64,000 nucleotides of DNA from Octopus vulgaris (lineage: Eukaryota), in assembly GCA_951406725.2 (NCBI GenBank), contig OX597822.1, forward strand, positions 113,708,001 to 113,772,000, written 5' to 3'. The position numbers were made by a program, and so were the translations under genes. Below, in pieces: positions 13,471-24,711 of this stretch. Numbering within the stretch: position 1 is the first letter of the stretch; each line of letters starts with the position of its first letter. The notes under the pieces are model-generated. The model did no database searches and was not told the DNA's origin. It worked only from the letters and a program-made list of their open reading frames with translations.

Positions 13471-14124
13471 ATATAGTTCTTAAACACTGATCATAAAGTA
13501 AAACTAAAACATCTTTGAACATAAGTGTGCTCGACCAAATCTGTCCTCTGACTGAACAACAACGATAACGTTTATGTTTAGTGGAAAGGAAAACGATACA
13601 AAAACGAAATAAAAATCAAAATATCCCATTTCTCTCCCCAAAAAACAATAATATTTGTGCCTTATCTAAAGGGTACCAATATATTGCAGCAAGTTGTGTC
13701 TGCCATAACAAAAATATAAATTCAGAAAAACCAAGTCTATTAGCCCATTTTCTATTCCGAATTGAAGCCAATTGTCTTTGGACAAAATATTGGATTCAAA
13801 TTTTGGCAAAAAGGCCAGCAATTTGCGGGAATGGGATAAGTCGATTGGTACTTATTTTATCGATCTCAAAAAGATGTATGCTTAAGTCGACCACGGATGA
13901 TAAAGACAGACAAAATGCCGCTATGCATTTTACCCGCCGTACTAACGATTTTAGCAGTTCAATGCCCTGACTTTGGATAAAGATTGTTTAATCTAACTTC
14001 TCGCAATGAATGTTTATACTTTATTTAATCAACGAGTTCCGCAAATAAAAAAGCAATGAAATGTTTGGTTGGCTCAATTCACGAACCGTAATGAATCTTG
14101 GTTGAAATCGTTCTACACTACTTG

Positions 14125-14749
14125 TTTTTTTTTTTGGTTGTTTTGTTCCTTCTCGAGCCATGCCTGGCTCATAAGGGCCGGTTTCCTGGTTTCCTTGGTG
14201 TATAGGTTCCCCACCTGGACGGGACGCCGGTTCGTCGCAGGTGAGCTGCAAGATGCAGGGGGAAAGAGTGAGAGAAAGTTGTGGCGAAAGAGTCAGCAGA
14301 AGTTCGCCATTATTTTCTGCCAGAGCCGCGTGGAGCTTAGGTGTTTCGCGCATAAACACACACATCACCCGGTCTGAGATTCTATATTGGTGGGTCCCAA
14401 TATAGAAAGCAAACAAAATGAGACAACAATCTAACTTCTTCATGGTTACTCATTCTGCTAAAAATAGCAGCCATGTCTCTCTATAAAAAGTAGGATATAT
14501 TAGATATATAGTTCTTAAACAAAGGCGGCGAGCTGGCAGAAACGTTAGCACGTCAGACGGTATTTTGTCTGTCGTTACGTTCTAAGTTCAAATTCCGCCG
14601 AGGTCGACTTTGCCTTTCATCCTTTCGGGGTCGATTAAATAAGTACCAGTTACACACTGGGGTCGATATAATCGATTTAATCCGTTTGTCTGTCCTTGTT
14701 TGTCCCCTCTATGTTTAGCTGCTCTAACCACTAGGCCATGTGCCTCCAC
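14125..14749 (-). mobile_element. Family-B-type SINE interrupted by a ~330-bp copy of 12949-13281
   Basis: SINE head at 14720-14749 and body at 14125-14380; the intervening 14388-14719 is a near-identical direct copy of 12949-13281. Confidence 0.8.
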
Positions 14750-15318
14750 TCTTCTCTACTTCATAAATATCCGTCGTATATGTTAAGATATCTCGGTAAG
14801 GTTTCTTTCTATACAGACGTACATAACCTAACCGTCCGATCAGTAAGTTCATTTTAACTGACAAAGATTTTTATGTTGACCTCATTATGACGTTACTTAA
14901 TACACATTCCCCGCAACATACAATACAAACAAAATCAATATCTTCAAATTCATATGGCAGAAAGCAGAGAAGAGGTTGCCAATTTAAGCTTATCGTTTTC
15001 TAGTCGATAATATAAGTATCATACTTCACTGATAAAAACCACTTGAGCCCTATTAGCTTAGCCCTGCGCACGCTAAGTTGAAACGAAAACAATGTCTGTT
15101 AAGGCTATTATAGCAAGCGTCTTCCGAATTTCCTTCTGCTGGTGGAAGTAGAAATGTTTAGGCCGACTTTGACAGCGTTGCGGCATGAGAACTAGCACTG
15201 TACCACGACAGATGGTGGCTGGTATAATAAGCCTTCCATATATTACTTAACCTTAGATTTATCTTTAAAATTGTATACTACTACTACAAAGAACACATCA
15301 CTTATTTAATCAAACGAC

Positions 15319-15355
<37 letters not shown>

Positions 15356-15589
15356 TGCTTTTAAGCAACACAATTTTAAACCACATTATACGTTATTTGA
15401 AATACCGCTTTTAAGAAGACTTATCACTTATCCAGTCAAGCATTCCGATATGTTCAGGGAATTCAGACACAATTATATATGTGTGTAGTTATATGCAAGG
15501 AATAATTCGTGCGTCTGATGACGTTATATAAATAATGGGATTCACTCAATTGTAATGGCCAACGCTAAATGAATACGCACATACATACA

Positions 15590-15630
<41 letters not shown>

Positions 15631-15835
15631 TAAAAATATATATATATATATAAATTTATAAGTATAAATTTAAATAATCTTTTAAATTTTAACTTCAAAT
15701 TTAAATAATTTAAATTTTGAATTTTATATTTTATATATTTTGTATATTATATTAATTAATTTTATTTCTATGTATTCGTTTATGTTTTTCACTGTTTGAT
15801 TTGCCTAATAGTGGTTTTATCTCTAATTTAATATA

Positions 15836-15871
<36 letters not shown>

Positions 15872-15873
15872 TG

Positions 15874-15938
<65 letters not shown>

Positions 15939-15951
15939 ATATATATTTGTA

Positions 15952-16004
<53 letters not shown>

Positions 16005-16248
16005 ATTGATTGACTGATTGTGAATGATATGTTTATATATTCACATATATATATAGAGAGAGAGAATACTGTTGAATTAGATACTTAAATTGCAGCACCT
16101 TGCTAGGTCGGTATAATCCGAACACCTATACAATATTAATTGAATATTGAATATCAAGACTCCGTGTATATTGCATATTTTGAGTTCAATTGTTGTTGTG
16201 AATATGCTAAGGAAATGGTTGTATCCTTTATGTTTTAAATCCATGCGG

Positions 16249-16331
16249 TCATCTGATGAGAACCGTTTCTTTCAAATGATGTTAAGTTTTCATTAATCGA
16301 TTAAAGGAGCCGTTTGAAACGGCCGTAATGA
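16249..16331 (+). ncRNA. Type I hammerhead ribozyme motif
   Basis: Stem I TCAT/ATGA; core CTGATGA 16253-16259; stem II GAAC/GTTT extended by GTTTCTTT/AAAGGAGC; GAAA 16316-16319; palindromic stem III AC-GGCC-GT; GUA cleavage triplet; (TA)n begins about 16348. Confidence 0.7.
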
Positions 16332-16345
16332 ATTGACACCTGTAC

Positions 16346-16426
<81 letters not shown>

Positions 16427-16589
16427 CATTGCTATATGTATATACACACATATGGCCTATTACGTTGTGTGTTATTCTCGGAGAATTCATGGTGGCTATC
16501 ATTTGACGTCTATTTTTCAGTGCGTCGTGAGGCGCAGGCCAAGCCCTTGTTACAATTATGTATATAATTATAAAATATTTATACATTAT

Positions 16590-16772
16590 ATAAAGGGCAG
16601 ACAAACGGATTAAGTCGATTATATCGGGCCCCAGTGCGTAACTGGTACTTAATTTATCGACCCTGAAAGGATGAAAGGCAAAGTCGACCTCGGCGGAATT
16701 TGAACTCAGAATGTAGCGACGGGTGAAATACCGCTAGGCATTTCGCCCGGCGTGCTAACGTTTCTGCCAGCT
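16590..16772 (-). mobile_element. SINE family A (partial)
   Basis: Family A core and head on the minus strand. Confidence 0.8.
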
Positions 16773-16786
16773 ATATATATATATAT

Positions 16787-17073
16787 ATCATCATCATCAT
16801 TATCATCTTTGTTCAGCGTCCGCTTTCCATGCTTGCATGGGTTGGACGGTTCAACTGGGGTCTGGGAAGCCAGAAGGCTGCACCAGGCCCAGTCTGATCT
16901 GGCAATGTTTCAACGGCTGGATGCCCTTCCTAACGCCAACCACTCCGTGAGTGTATTGGGTGTTTTTTACGTGCCACCGGCACAGGTGCGAGACGAAGTT
17001 GGCAAACGGCCACGATTGGATGGTGCTTTTTACGTGCCACCGGCACAGGAGCCAGGCGAGGCTGGCAACGGCC
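16787..17073 (-). mobile_element. SINE/LINE-tail repeat with (GAT)n tail
   Basis: (CAT)n at 16787-16807 followed by ggctggatgcccttcctaacgcc and an internal duplication of ttttacgtgccaccggcacagg. Confidence 0.55.
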
Positions 17074-17221
17074 TCATATATATATATATATATATATACG
17101 CACACATAGATCGACGTAAATATGTACACACAGCGAATCCTGCAACAGAAGCCGAACACTAAACAGTGTAGAACTCTATGTAGAACTGCACAAAGAACTC
17201 ATTCCAAAAGAGATATACATA

Positions 17222-17436
17222 CGAGGAAGTGCTGAAAAGTTTCTAGCTTTGGTAAAAGAAAATACAGTAGGGACAGCTAATTATAATTTTGTTCAACATA
17301 TTCCCCTCTCAGATTCAAACACTTATTGCAGCGGTTCCTTAGTTTTTCTAACCCTGTAAAAGAACTCGGAAGGTGGGGCCTTCAACGAGGCCCTTTGCGA
17401 TACCTTTAAAGCCAGGTACTTTGCTGCGCCCCTTCG
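17222..17436. mobile_element. Mariner-type MITE
   Basis: TA-flanked imperfect TIRs cgaggaagtgctgaaaagtttctagcttt / aaagccaggtactttgctgcgccccttcg. Confidence 0.6.
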
Positions 17437-17668
17437 TATGTATACACATATACATCTGTCCTTCTATCAAACTACCTATCAGTCTATCTCTTTATTCATC
17501 TATCTATTTATCGAGCTAGCGAACAAAATGTCTCCCTTCTCACCTAACTATTTATCTACTTATACTGCTATGTAAAGTCTTTTGTCATGTTAACCCATTT
17601 GGACATCTTACTAATGATAGTATCCGAACAGTTAGAACAGAATAATGGGGAATGTTTATTTAATTTTT

Positions 17669-17737
<69 letters not shown>

Positions 17738-17830
17738 ACAATTGAGGGTAAAATTAATTAGTTATTAATCAATTTCACCAAGTAGTGTTCAGTATGTAAA
17801 AGGACCATTTAAGGCGAATTCAAAATATTA

Positions 17831-18314
17831 TATTATATAATTAGGGCTTAGTAAAGTAAATTACTTTGCCACATACTGAACTTTCTAGAAATAGCAGCCA
17901 AAAAGTTTTTTAGCCATTTCCACCACGTGGGTGGAAGGGGAGAGAGCAGGAATCTTCGCTTGCGCATTTTGAATTTGTTAGTACTGGCAGTCTGAGCGTG
18001 TTCATCTGAGGTGATACGTCGCCGAAGGGTATGTTCTTCCTTTTAGTGCTTCCAAATCCAAATTAAGAAATGTTGAGCTGACGAAAGAAATGCTGAGTTT
18101 ATTTGGCTAATCTAGAAACGTTAACGTTCTCAAATGATCTTTGTACTTGTGATATTTTTCTGTTTTTACCTCCATACCTTCGTGAGTTATTTATGAGTAA
18201 ACATTATCTGAGAGAAATTTTCTTAAAGTGGTGGAAATGGCTAAAAAACTTTTTGGCTGCTATTTCTAGAAAGTTCAGTATGTGGCAAAGTAATTTACTT
18301 TACTAAGCCCTAAT

Positions 18315-18323
<9 letters not shown>
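17831..18323. mobile_element. Fold-back insertion in (TA)n with ~95-bp inverted arms, probable Penelope-like pLTR derivative
   Basis: 17831-17926 is the reverse complement of 18228-18323; flanked by (TA)n; contains an HHR at 18073-18133. Confidence 0.7.
18073..18133 (+). ncRNA. Type I hammerhead ribozyme motif
   Basis: Stem I TTGAG/CTCAA; CTGACGA 18078-18084; stem II AGA/TCT with a mismatched first pair; GAAA 18115-18118; palindromic stem III ACG-TTAA-CGT; GUU triplet. Confidence 0.65.
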
Positions 18324-18392
<69 letters not shown>

Positions 18393-18939
18393 GCTGAGCA
18401 TTCCACAGACACGTGTACCCCTAACGTAATTCTCAGGGAGATTCAGTGTGACACAAAGTGTGACAAGGCTAGTCCTTTTGAAATACAGTTACCACTCATT
18501 TTTTGGCAGCTGAGTGGACTGGAGCAACGTGAAATAAAGTGTCTTGCTCAAGAACACAACGCTTCACCGGGAATCGAATTCACATCCTTATGATCATGAG
18601 CCGAATGCCCTAAACACTAAGCCACGCGCCCTCACACACACACACACCTATATATATATACTACACTACACTACACTACACCATACGACATTACACATCA
18701 CATCATACATACATACACACGTCCAGACCTTTCATACGCACATACATACTCTCTCATACACACACGCACCCTTATGTTGGGGCGAGGTCATTTGACCTTG
18801 TTATCTCCCCTACTATCCCTCTTGCGTCTAACGTCTGATCTCTGACTTCTGGCCGAAATCAGACCGCCATGTTGATTCGTTAGCTCCTGCACGCAATTTT
18901 TTTCTCTCCTTGTTTCTCTCCGTGTTTCTTTTCTGTGTA

Positions 18940-18977
18940 TCTTTCTGTTGAAGAGCGTAGGCTCGAAACGTAAAAGA
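18940..18977 (+). ncRNA. Minimal hammerhead-like motif with CUGUUGA core variant
   Basis: TCTTT-CTGTTGA-A-GAGC-GTAG-GCTC-GAAA-C-GTA-AAAGA; a related copy lies at 51782-51817 (-). Confidence 0.55.
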
Positions 18978-19073
18978 CTTGTTTTATTTCTATTCCTGAG
19001 CGCCATACTAATACAATTGTTTGTTTGTACTCCACCTGCCTTCGTCTTTTGTTTATTTTCGTAAAGCTTCCTG

Positions 19074-19176
<103 letters not shown>

Positions 19177-19291
19177 GGATAATAAAAATAATGGTTTACA
19201 CCTGGTAGCTCACTGGTAAAGCACAATCACTTTCACAGCGGTATATGGCAAATGAAAGACGGAAGATGGAATATACAAGAATTTATTATTA

Positions 19292-19397
19292 ATCACGACA
19301 ATTGTTTCGACACATGTAGCATCGATTCCTCTTGGGTGGGACACTCAACAACTGGTTCAGGAGCATCCGGTGGTGCAGATGTATCTCGTCGGGTGAT
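19292..19397 (-). ncRNA. Type I hammerhead motif (U4C change) with large loop 2
   Basis: Minus strand: ATCAC-CCGACGA-GATACAT...ATGTGTC-GAAA-C-AATT-GTC-GTGAT. The host insertion has short inverted ends at about 19243-19265 and 20031-20054. Confidence 0.65.
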
Positions 19398-20814
19398 ATA
19401 TAAATGCAACTCGTTAAAATAACTGTTCTGCAATGTAACTTGCCGTTTTGTAGAAACAAAAGCAACCAGACGGAAGAAATATCTTCATTTATATAGAAGT
19501 TCAAAAATAAAATCACAGATGGTAAAAAGAGAAACGAACGCGCAATCCAGCGAGAAAAGTATCTAAAATAACTGTTAACAGATATGGATGTATAAACGCC
19601 CTCGGGCAAGGCCACTCGCTCATACAAGCATCCGCAAAAGTGTGAGCATACGCACACGTGAGCTTTGCTGCACTCATGATCAACAAAGCGAGTTAGCTAT
19701 CTAATTGGTGTTTGTAAGAATGGGAAGGTTAAAAGCAAACTGAAGTCATCCATACCTTAAAATAAATTAAATTAAGTTGACGGTTTCTCAAAATTCATTC
19801 CCATTGCATTGTGCGAAAGTACATTTATATGCGTGTAGGCATCTCGAGAGTCGGTCAGAAATTCTATTAATGATCTTTTTTCGTTAGTTCACAGAATAGA
19901 CAGGGATTCCTCGGAACAGAGAGACATCTTCTGGAAATTGTATTGTATGGTTTCGCGTACCTTACGATGGACTGATTAATGCTGTACTTCGTTTTATCCT
20001 CCTTCAGTCGCCATACAAAATCTGCCAAATCTTCTATCTTTCATTTGCCATATATATATGACGTGCTTCTTTCAGTTTCAGTCTACCATGGTCGGGCCGA
20101 GATTATAGTAGAAGACACTCATCTAAGGTACCACGCAGTGGAACTGAACCCGGAAACAAACTTCTTACCACACAGCCACACGGCACCTAAATCGAGCAAA
20201 TTATAAATAACAATGGAATATTTACTGACTGGGATCACAATACTAAGAGTGGACTAAAATTTGTTGTAAATTTCGTGCTGACTGGGGTTTTATGTTTTCC
20301 CTGACAGCTTATTCAACCAATCTGGTTAAATAAGGTGCCAGCGGAACTCGAAACAATAACATAAACAGAAAATACAAATGTGAAACCTTCCCTCTTTACA
20401 CTGGCTTTTAAACACACACACACACACATAAACACATACACACATCTTCCATCAGATATCAGAAAGACAACAAGAAATTTCCAAGCTCAGTGATATCGAG
20501 TATAGATAAAATCCCAAACACATCTAACACAGCGACTGAAGTAAGTATTGCACTCCCCAAAATGTCCATCTACTCATATCCCGAATATGGTCGTCAAACC
20601 AGATGTCACATTAGCGTCCTAGGAATTAGTGATCACGCTTGCGTGGGAGTTAATTCCGGGCAGAAGCGAGACGTGTTTTGGAGAACATAAGAATAATGGA
20701 AAATGGAAACAAACGCTCAAGATGCTATTTAAATCATCTATGTCATCATATCACCGACATATGTTTCGATAGATGCATTAAAATAAATGTCTTATTCATG
20801 CACACTGTTATTTA

Positions 20815-20905
20815 TATCCTCCCTGATAAGAGTGATGCATTGTACCACATTTTTCATCCTCTCGGATTTATTTTAATGCATCTATCGAAACATATGTCGG
20901 TGATA
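20815..20905 (+). ncRNA. Degenerate type I hammerhead motif inside fold-back element 20681-20971
   Basis: CTGATAA 20823-20829; stem II GA..GATGCAT/ATGCATC..TC; GAAA 20887-20890; C-ATAT-GTC; 3' stem I GGTGATA; inverted arms about 20681-20788 and 20866-20971. Confidence 0.6.
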
Positions 20906-21026
20906 TGGCGGTATAAATGATTTAAATAACATCTTGAGCGTTTGTCGCCATTTTCCATTACTCTTGTGTCTATATATATAGATATATGTATGTGTGTATT
21001 TATTATATATATAATATATATATATA

Positions 21027-21189
21027 GGCGCAGGAGTGGCTGTGTGGTAGTAGCTTGCTAACCAACCACATGGTTCCGGGTTCAGTCCACTGCGTGGCAT
21101 CTTGGGCAAATGTCTTCTGCTATAGCCCCGGGCCGACCAATGCCTTGTGAGTGGATTTGGTTGACGGAAACTGAAAGAAGCCTGTCGTA

Positions 21190-21248
<59 letters not shown>

Positions 21249-21463
21249 GTGTGTGTATATGTCTGTGTTTGTTCCCCTAGCATTGCTTGACAACCGATGC
21301 TGGTGTGTTTACGTCCCCGCCACTTAGCGGTTCGGCAAAACAGACCGATAGAATAAGTACCGAGCTTACAAAGAATAAGTCCCGGGGTCGATTTGCTCAA
21401 CTAAAGGCGGTGCTCCAGCATGGCCGCAGTCAAATGACTGAAACAAGTAAAATAGTAAAAGAG
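21027..21463 (+). mobile_element. tRNA-derived SINE, family C, with internal (TA)n/(TG)n tract
   Basis: Head ggcgcaggagtggctgtgtggtag; tail ggcggtgctccagcatggccgcagtcaaatgactgaaacaagtaaaa. Further copies at about 26415-26782 (-), 45285-45645 (-), 55930-56322 (+), 59762-60192 (-) and 62292-62702 (+). Confidence 0.85.
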
Positions 21464-21841
21464 TAATATAGTAGTCATAATAATAGTAATCCTTGGATGG
21501 AATTTATAAATATTTTAATGCATCACTACACGCGTTTCCACAAATCACACGTTTCTTACGATCATAGTCCGTATGACTATTTCTGAATTCATTAAGGAGG
21601 TGCCTGGTGTGGTTGAGGTCAAACAAAAGACTTGTACTACCCATCCTGTCATCTGCATACTCAAATATCAAAATAAGTCCATCACCACCACACACACCTC
21701 CATCTCCTTATAGCTACCATTCCTTCCTCTCTTTCCATCACCTTCTACTCCTCCCCGCCAAATACATACACAAATGCCCACATATCCCAATCAACCTTTT
21801 CATTGGTGAAAATTAATAAGCAACCCTCAGTTAAACATCCG

Positions 21842-21991
21842 TTAATGCCATATCGCCTGAAGAAACGAATGCATGAGCATCATCTACCCGATGTCCATGG
21901 ATACTACGAATTGGACTGTAATCATCCCAGGAATACGGTCTATGACCTCAAGAAAATGTGATTTGTTGAAACGCGTGTACTGATGCATTAA
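21842..21991 (+). ncRNA. Type I hammerhead motif with ~90-nt loop 2, in a fold-back element at (TTA)n
   Basis: TTAATGC...ATCGC-CTGAAGA(21857-21863)-AACGAAT...ATTTGTT-GAAA(21968-21971)-C-GCGT-GTA-(C)TGATGCATTAA. The inverted arm 21481-21574 preserves the G that restores stem I. Confidence 0.7.
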
Positions 21992-22015
21992 AATATTTAT
22001 AAATTCCATCCAAGG

Positions 22016-22078
<63 letters not shown>

Positions 22079-22242
22079 GCTATTATTATTATTACTGTAT
22101 TTAACCTACATTATACCGGCACAGCTCAGTCCGACCCCAAAAGCTAGTATTGCCAGTTGGCATCATTAGGCTGTAGCCGGAATAATAAAACAGGAGCTCT
22201 TATATGCGTATTCAAAACGTTTCCCGTTAACGAGCATAAAGG

Positions 22243-22274
<32 letters not shown>

Positions 22275-22474
22275 TTATGTATTTATGTATGTATGTATGT
22301 ATGTATGTATGTATGCATATATATACTTGTGTATATATATATATGTGAGTGTGTGTGTAGGTGTGTGTAGGTAGGTATTTTGAAGAGGAAGACCACTTGA
22401 TAAATGCCAAGAAACAGCAATTGATGTACTTCTGGTGTTTTTTGTCTACCCCTTCTATGGCCACACAATCGCGG

Positions 22475-22571
<97 letters not shown>

Positions 22572-23208
22572 CGTAGGTGTGGCACTGTGTGGTACGCAGT
22601 TTGGTTCCCAGCCACAGTTCCGGGTTCAGTTTCACTGCGTGGCACATTTGTCAAATGTTATTTACTGTAGCCGGTTTATATCTGAACTGGCATCCAACTT
22701 CACAAATTTGTGTTTAAGGTACGGTCCTTCCCTAGATATACTCGAATATCGGAAATAATGGATACCTACTTTTTCGATAATATTTCTACCTGAAGGGGTT
22801 GGTTTAAAACTGAGCAACTGAAATAATGCTAGCCTTTTTGATTGGCTTTATTGAAAAATGCAGATGTTAGTCTGTGTTTTTCTAAAATGTTTAAATCTCC
22901 GTTTGTTTTTGGAGGGATTTTTCTATCTTGTTTATGTTCCCTTTACAGTGTTTCGTCTGACATTTTCTCAAATTGTTTTAAGGTGGCATTTCTGAGCCAC
23001 AATTTGAACGTAGAATTCTTACCTCACTACATTGTGTGTTGTTTTCAACACATTATATTGTTCGGCGGAACAACATAGCATTCGTTTAAAGGAAATTAAG
23101 CTGTATGTTGATTATACTTGGAATCAGCAGTGGTTTTCGGATTGAATTCATCAGTTATTTTATTTACAATTTTAAACTATTTTTTAAGTAATAGACTATG
23201 TCATTCAT

Positions 23209-23470
23209 GTGGAGGCGCTTGGCTTAGTGGTTAGGGTGTCAGCATCATGATCGTAAGATTGTGGTTTCGATTCCTGGACCAGGCGATGCGTTGTGTTCTT
23301 GAGCAAAACACTTCATTTCACATTGCACCAGTTCACTCAGCGGGGAAAAATGAGTAACGCTGCGATGGACTGGTGTCCCGTCCAGCTGGGGAACACATAC
23401 ACCATAGAAACCGGGAAACCGGGCCCATGAGCCTGGCTAGGCTTGAAAAGGGCGCATTTATTTATTATAT
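23209..23470 (+). mobile_element. tRNA-derived SINE related to family B
   Basis: Head gtggaggcgcttggcttagtggttaggg; B-box gtttcgattcc; TSD tatgtcattcat. Confidence 0.8.
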
Positions 23471-23760
23471 TTATGTCATTCATACGTTTTAAAGATCGTT
23501 AACCTCATAAACAAGATAAAATCATTAGATCCAAGAATTGAATCCGAGTAGTTAATTCCCTTCACCAGAAACACACTTCGCCCATAATTCTGATTAAATA
23601 TATATTGATCTGCTTTATTGTAGCTGCTTAGAAGTAATATTATTTTATTATTCATTATTTTTTTTAAAAACTCTCTGGAAATTTTGCGTGCCCGTGAGAT
23701 ATCTGTAGGAATTGGTTAACATGTAACTATTGTGTTGGTTTTAGTTTGCATCTTAGTATA

Positions 23761-24144
23761 TGGAAGCACTCCGTCGGTTACGACGATGAGGGTTCCGGTT
23801 GATCCGAATCAACGGAACAGCCTGCTCGTGAAATTAATGTGTAAGTGGCTGAGCACTCTACAGACACGTGTACCCTTAACGTAGTTCTCGGGGATATTCA
23901 GCGTGACACAGAGAGTGACAAGGCCGGCCCTTTGAAATACAGGTACAACAGAAACAGGAAGTAAGAGTGAGAGAAAGTTGTGGTGAAAGAGTACAGCAGG
24001 GATCACCACCATCCCCTGCCGGAGCCTCGTGGAGCTTTAGGTGTTTTCGCTCAATAAACACTTACAACGCCCGGTCTGGGAATCGAAACCGCGATCCTAT
24101 GACCGCGAGTCCGCTGCCCAAACCACTGGGCCATTGCGCCTCCA
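23761..24144 (-). mobile_element. SINE family B, full length
   Basis: Near-identical to 6645-7042; TSD catcttagtata. Confidence 0.85.
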
Positions 24145-24662
24145 TCTTAGTATAAAGGAGACGGTGATTATGTAGTGCTGTGAAAAGAAAAGAAAACACA
24201 GAACGTAAAGAACGCGTGCTTTTGTCTTATTGCACACGTTGTGAGTCCATTGTATGTTAAGTCAATGTAGCAAGTCAGTCTTCAAATATCGCCACCTAGA
24301 GAGATTACACGATATTAGCAGATGACAATGTTTTTTGTATTTGGAAATAACAAAGAAGAGAGCATGTTTCTCGGTTGAGGGTCAGAAAATTTGGCATGCA
24401 GTGATGCACATTCAGCCTCAACATACATACAACGTGCGTACTAACACACATGACAGCTATTGTAAACTTAAATGGAATTTCATTCTTATACGCACACTTA
24501 GAAAGTTTCAATCGGGCATGCACGGATATATACCATGTGTGTTTCTTGTATGTATTTCAGCACAACACTGTTATCCCGTGTGTACATGTTTTTGTGTGCG
24601 TGTATATGTATATTTATGTCTGTGTATGTATGTATATATATGGATATATATATATATGCATT

Positions 24663-24711
<49 letters not shown>

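Noticed and set aside
15509-15580. GTGCGT-CTGATGA-CGTT...AACG...ACGCAC, hammerhead-like stems I and II
   Set aside because: The GAAA, stem III and NUH segment reads CTAAATGAAT; too degenerate to call, though it may be a decayed HHR.
22670-23170. Complex non-microsatellite block, possible exon
   Set aside because: No long open frame with a recognisable motif on either strand.
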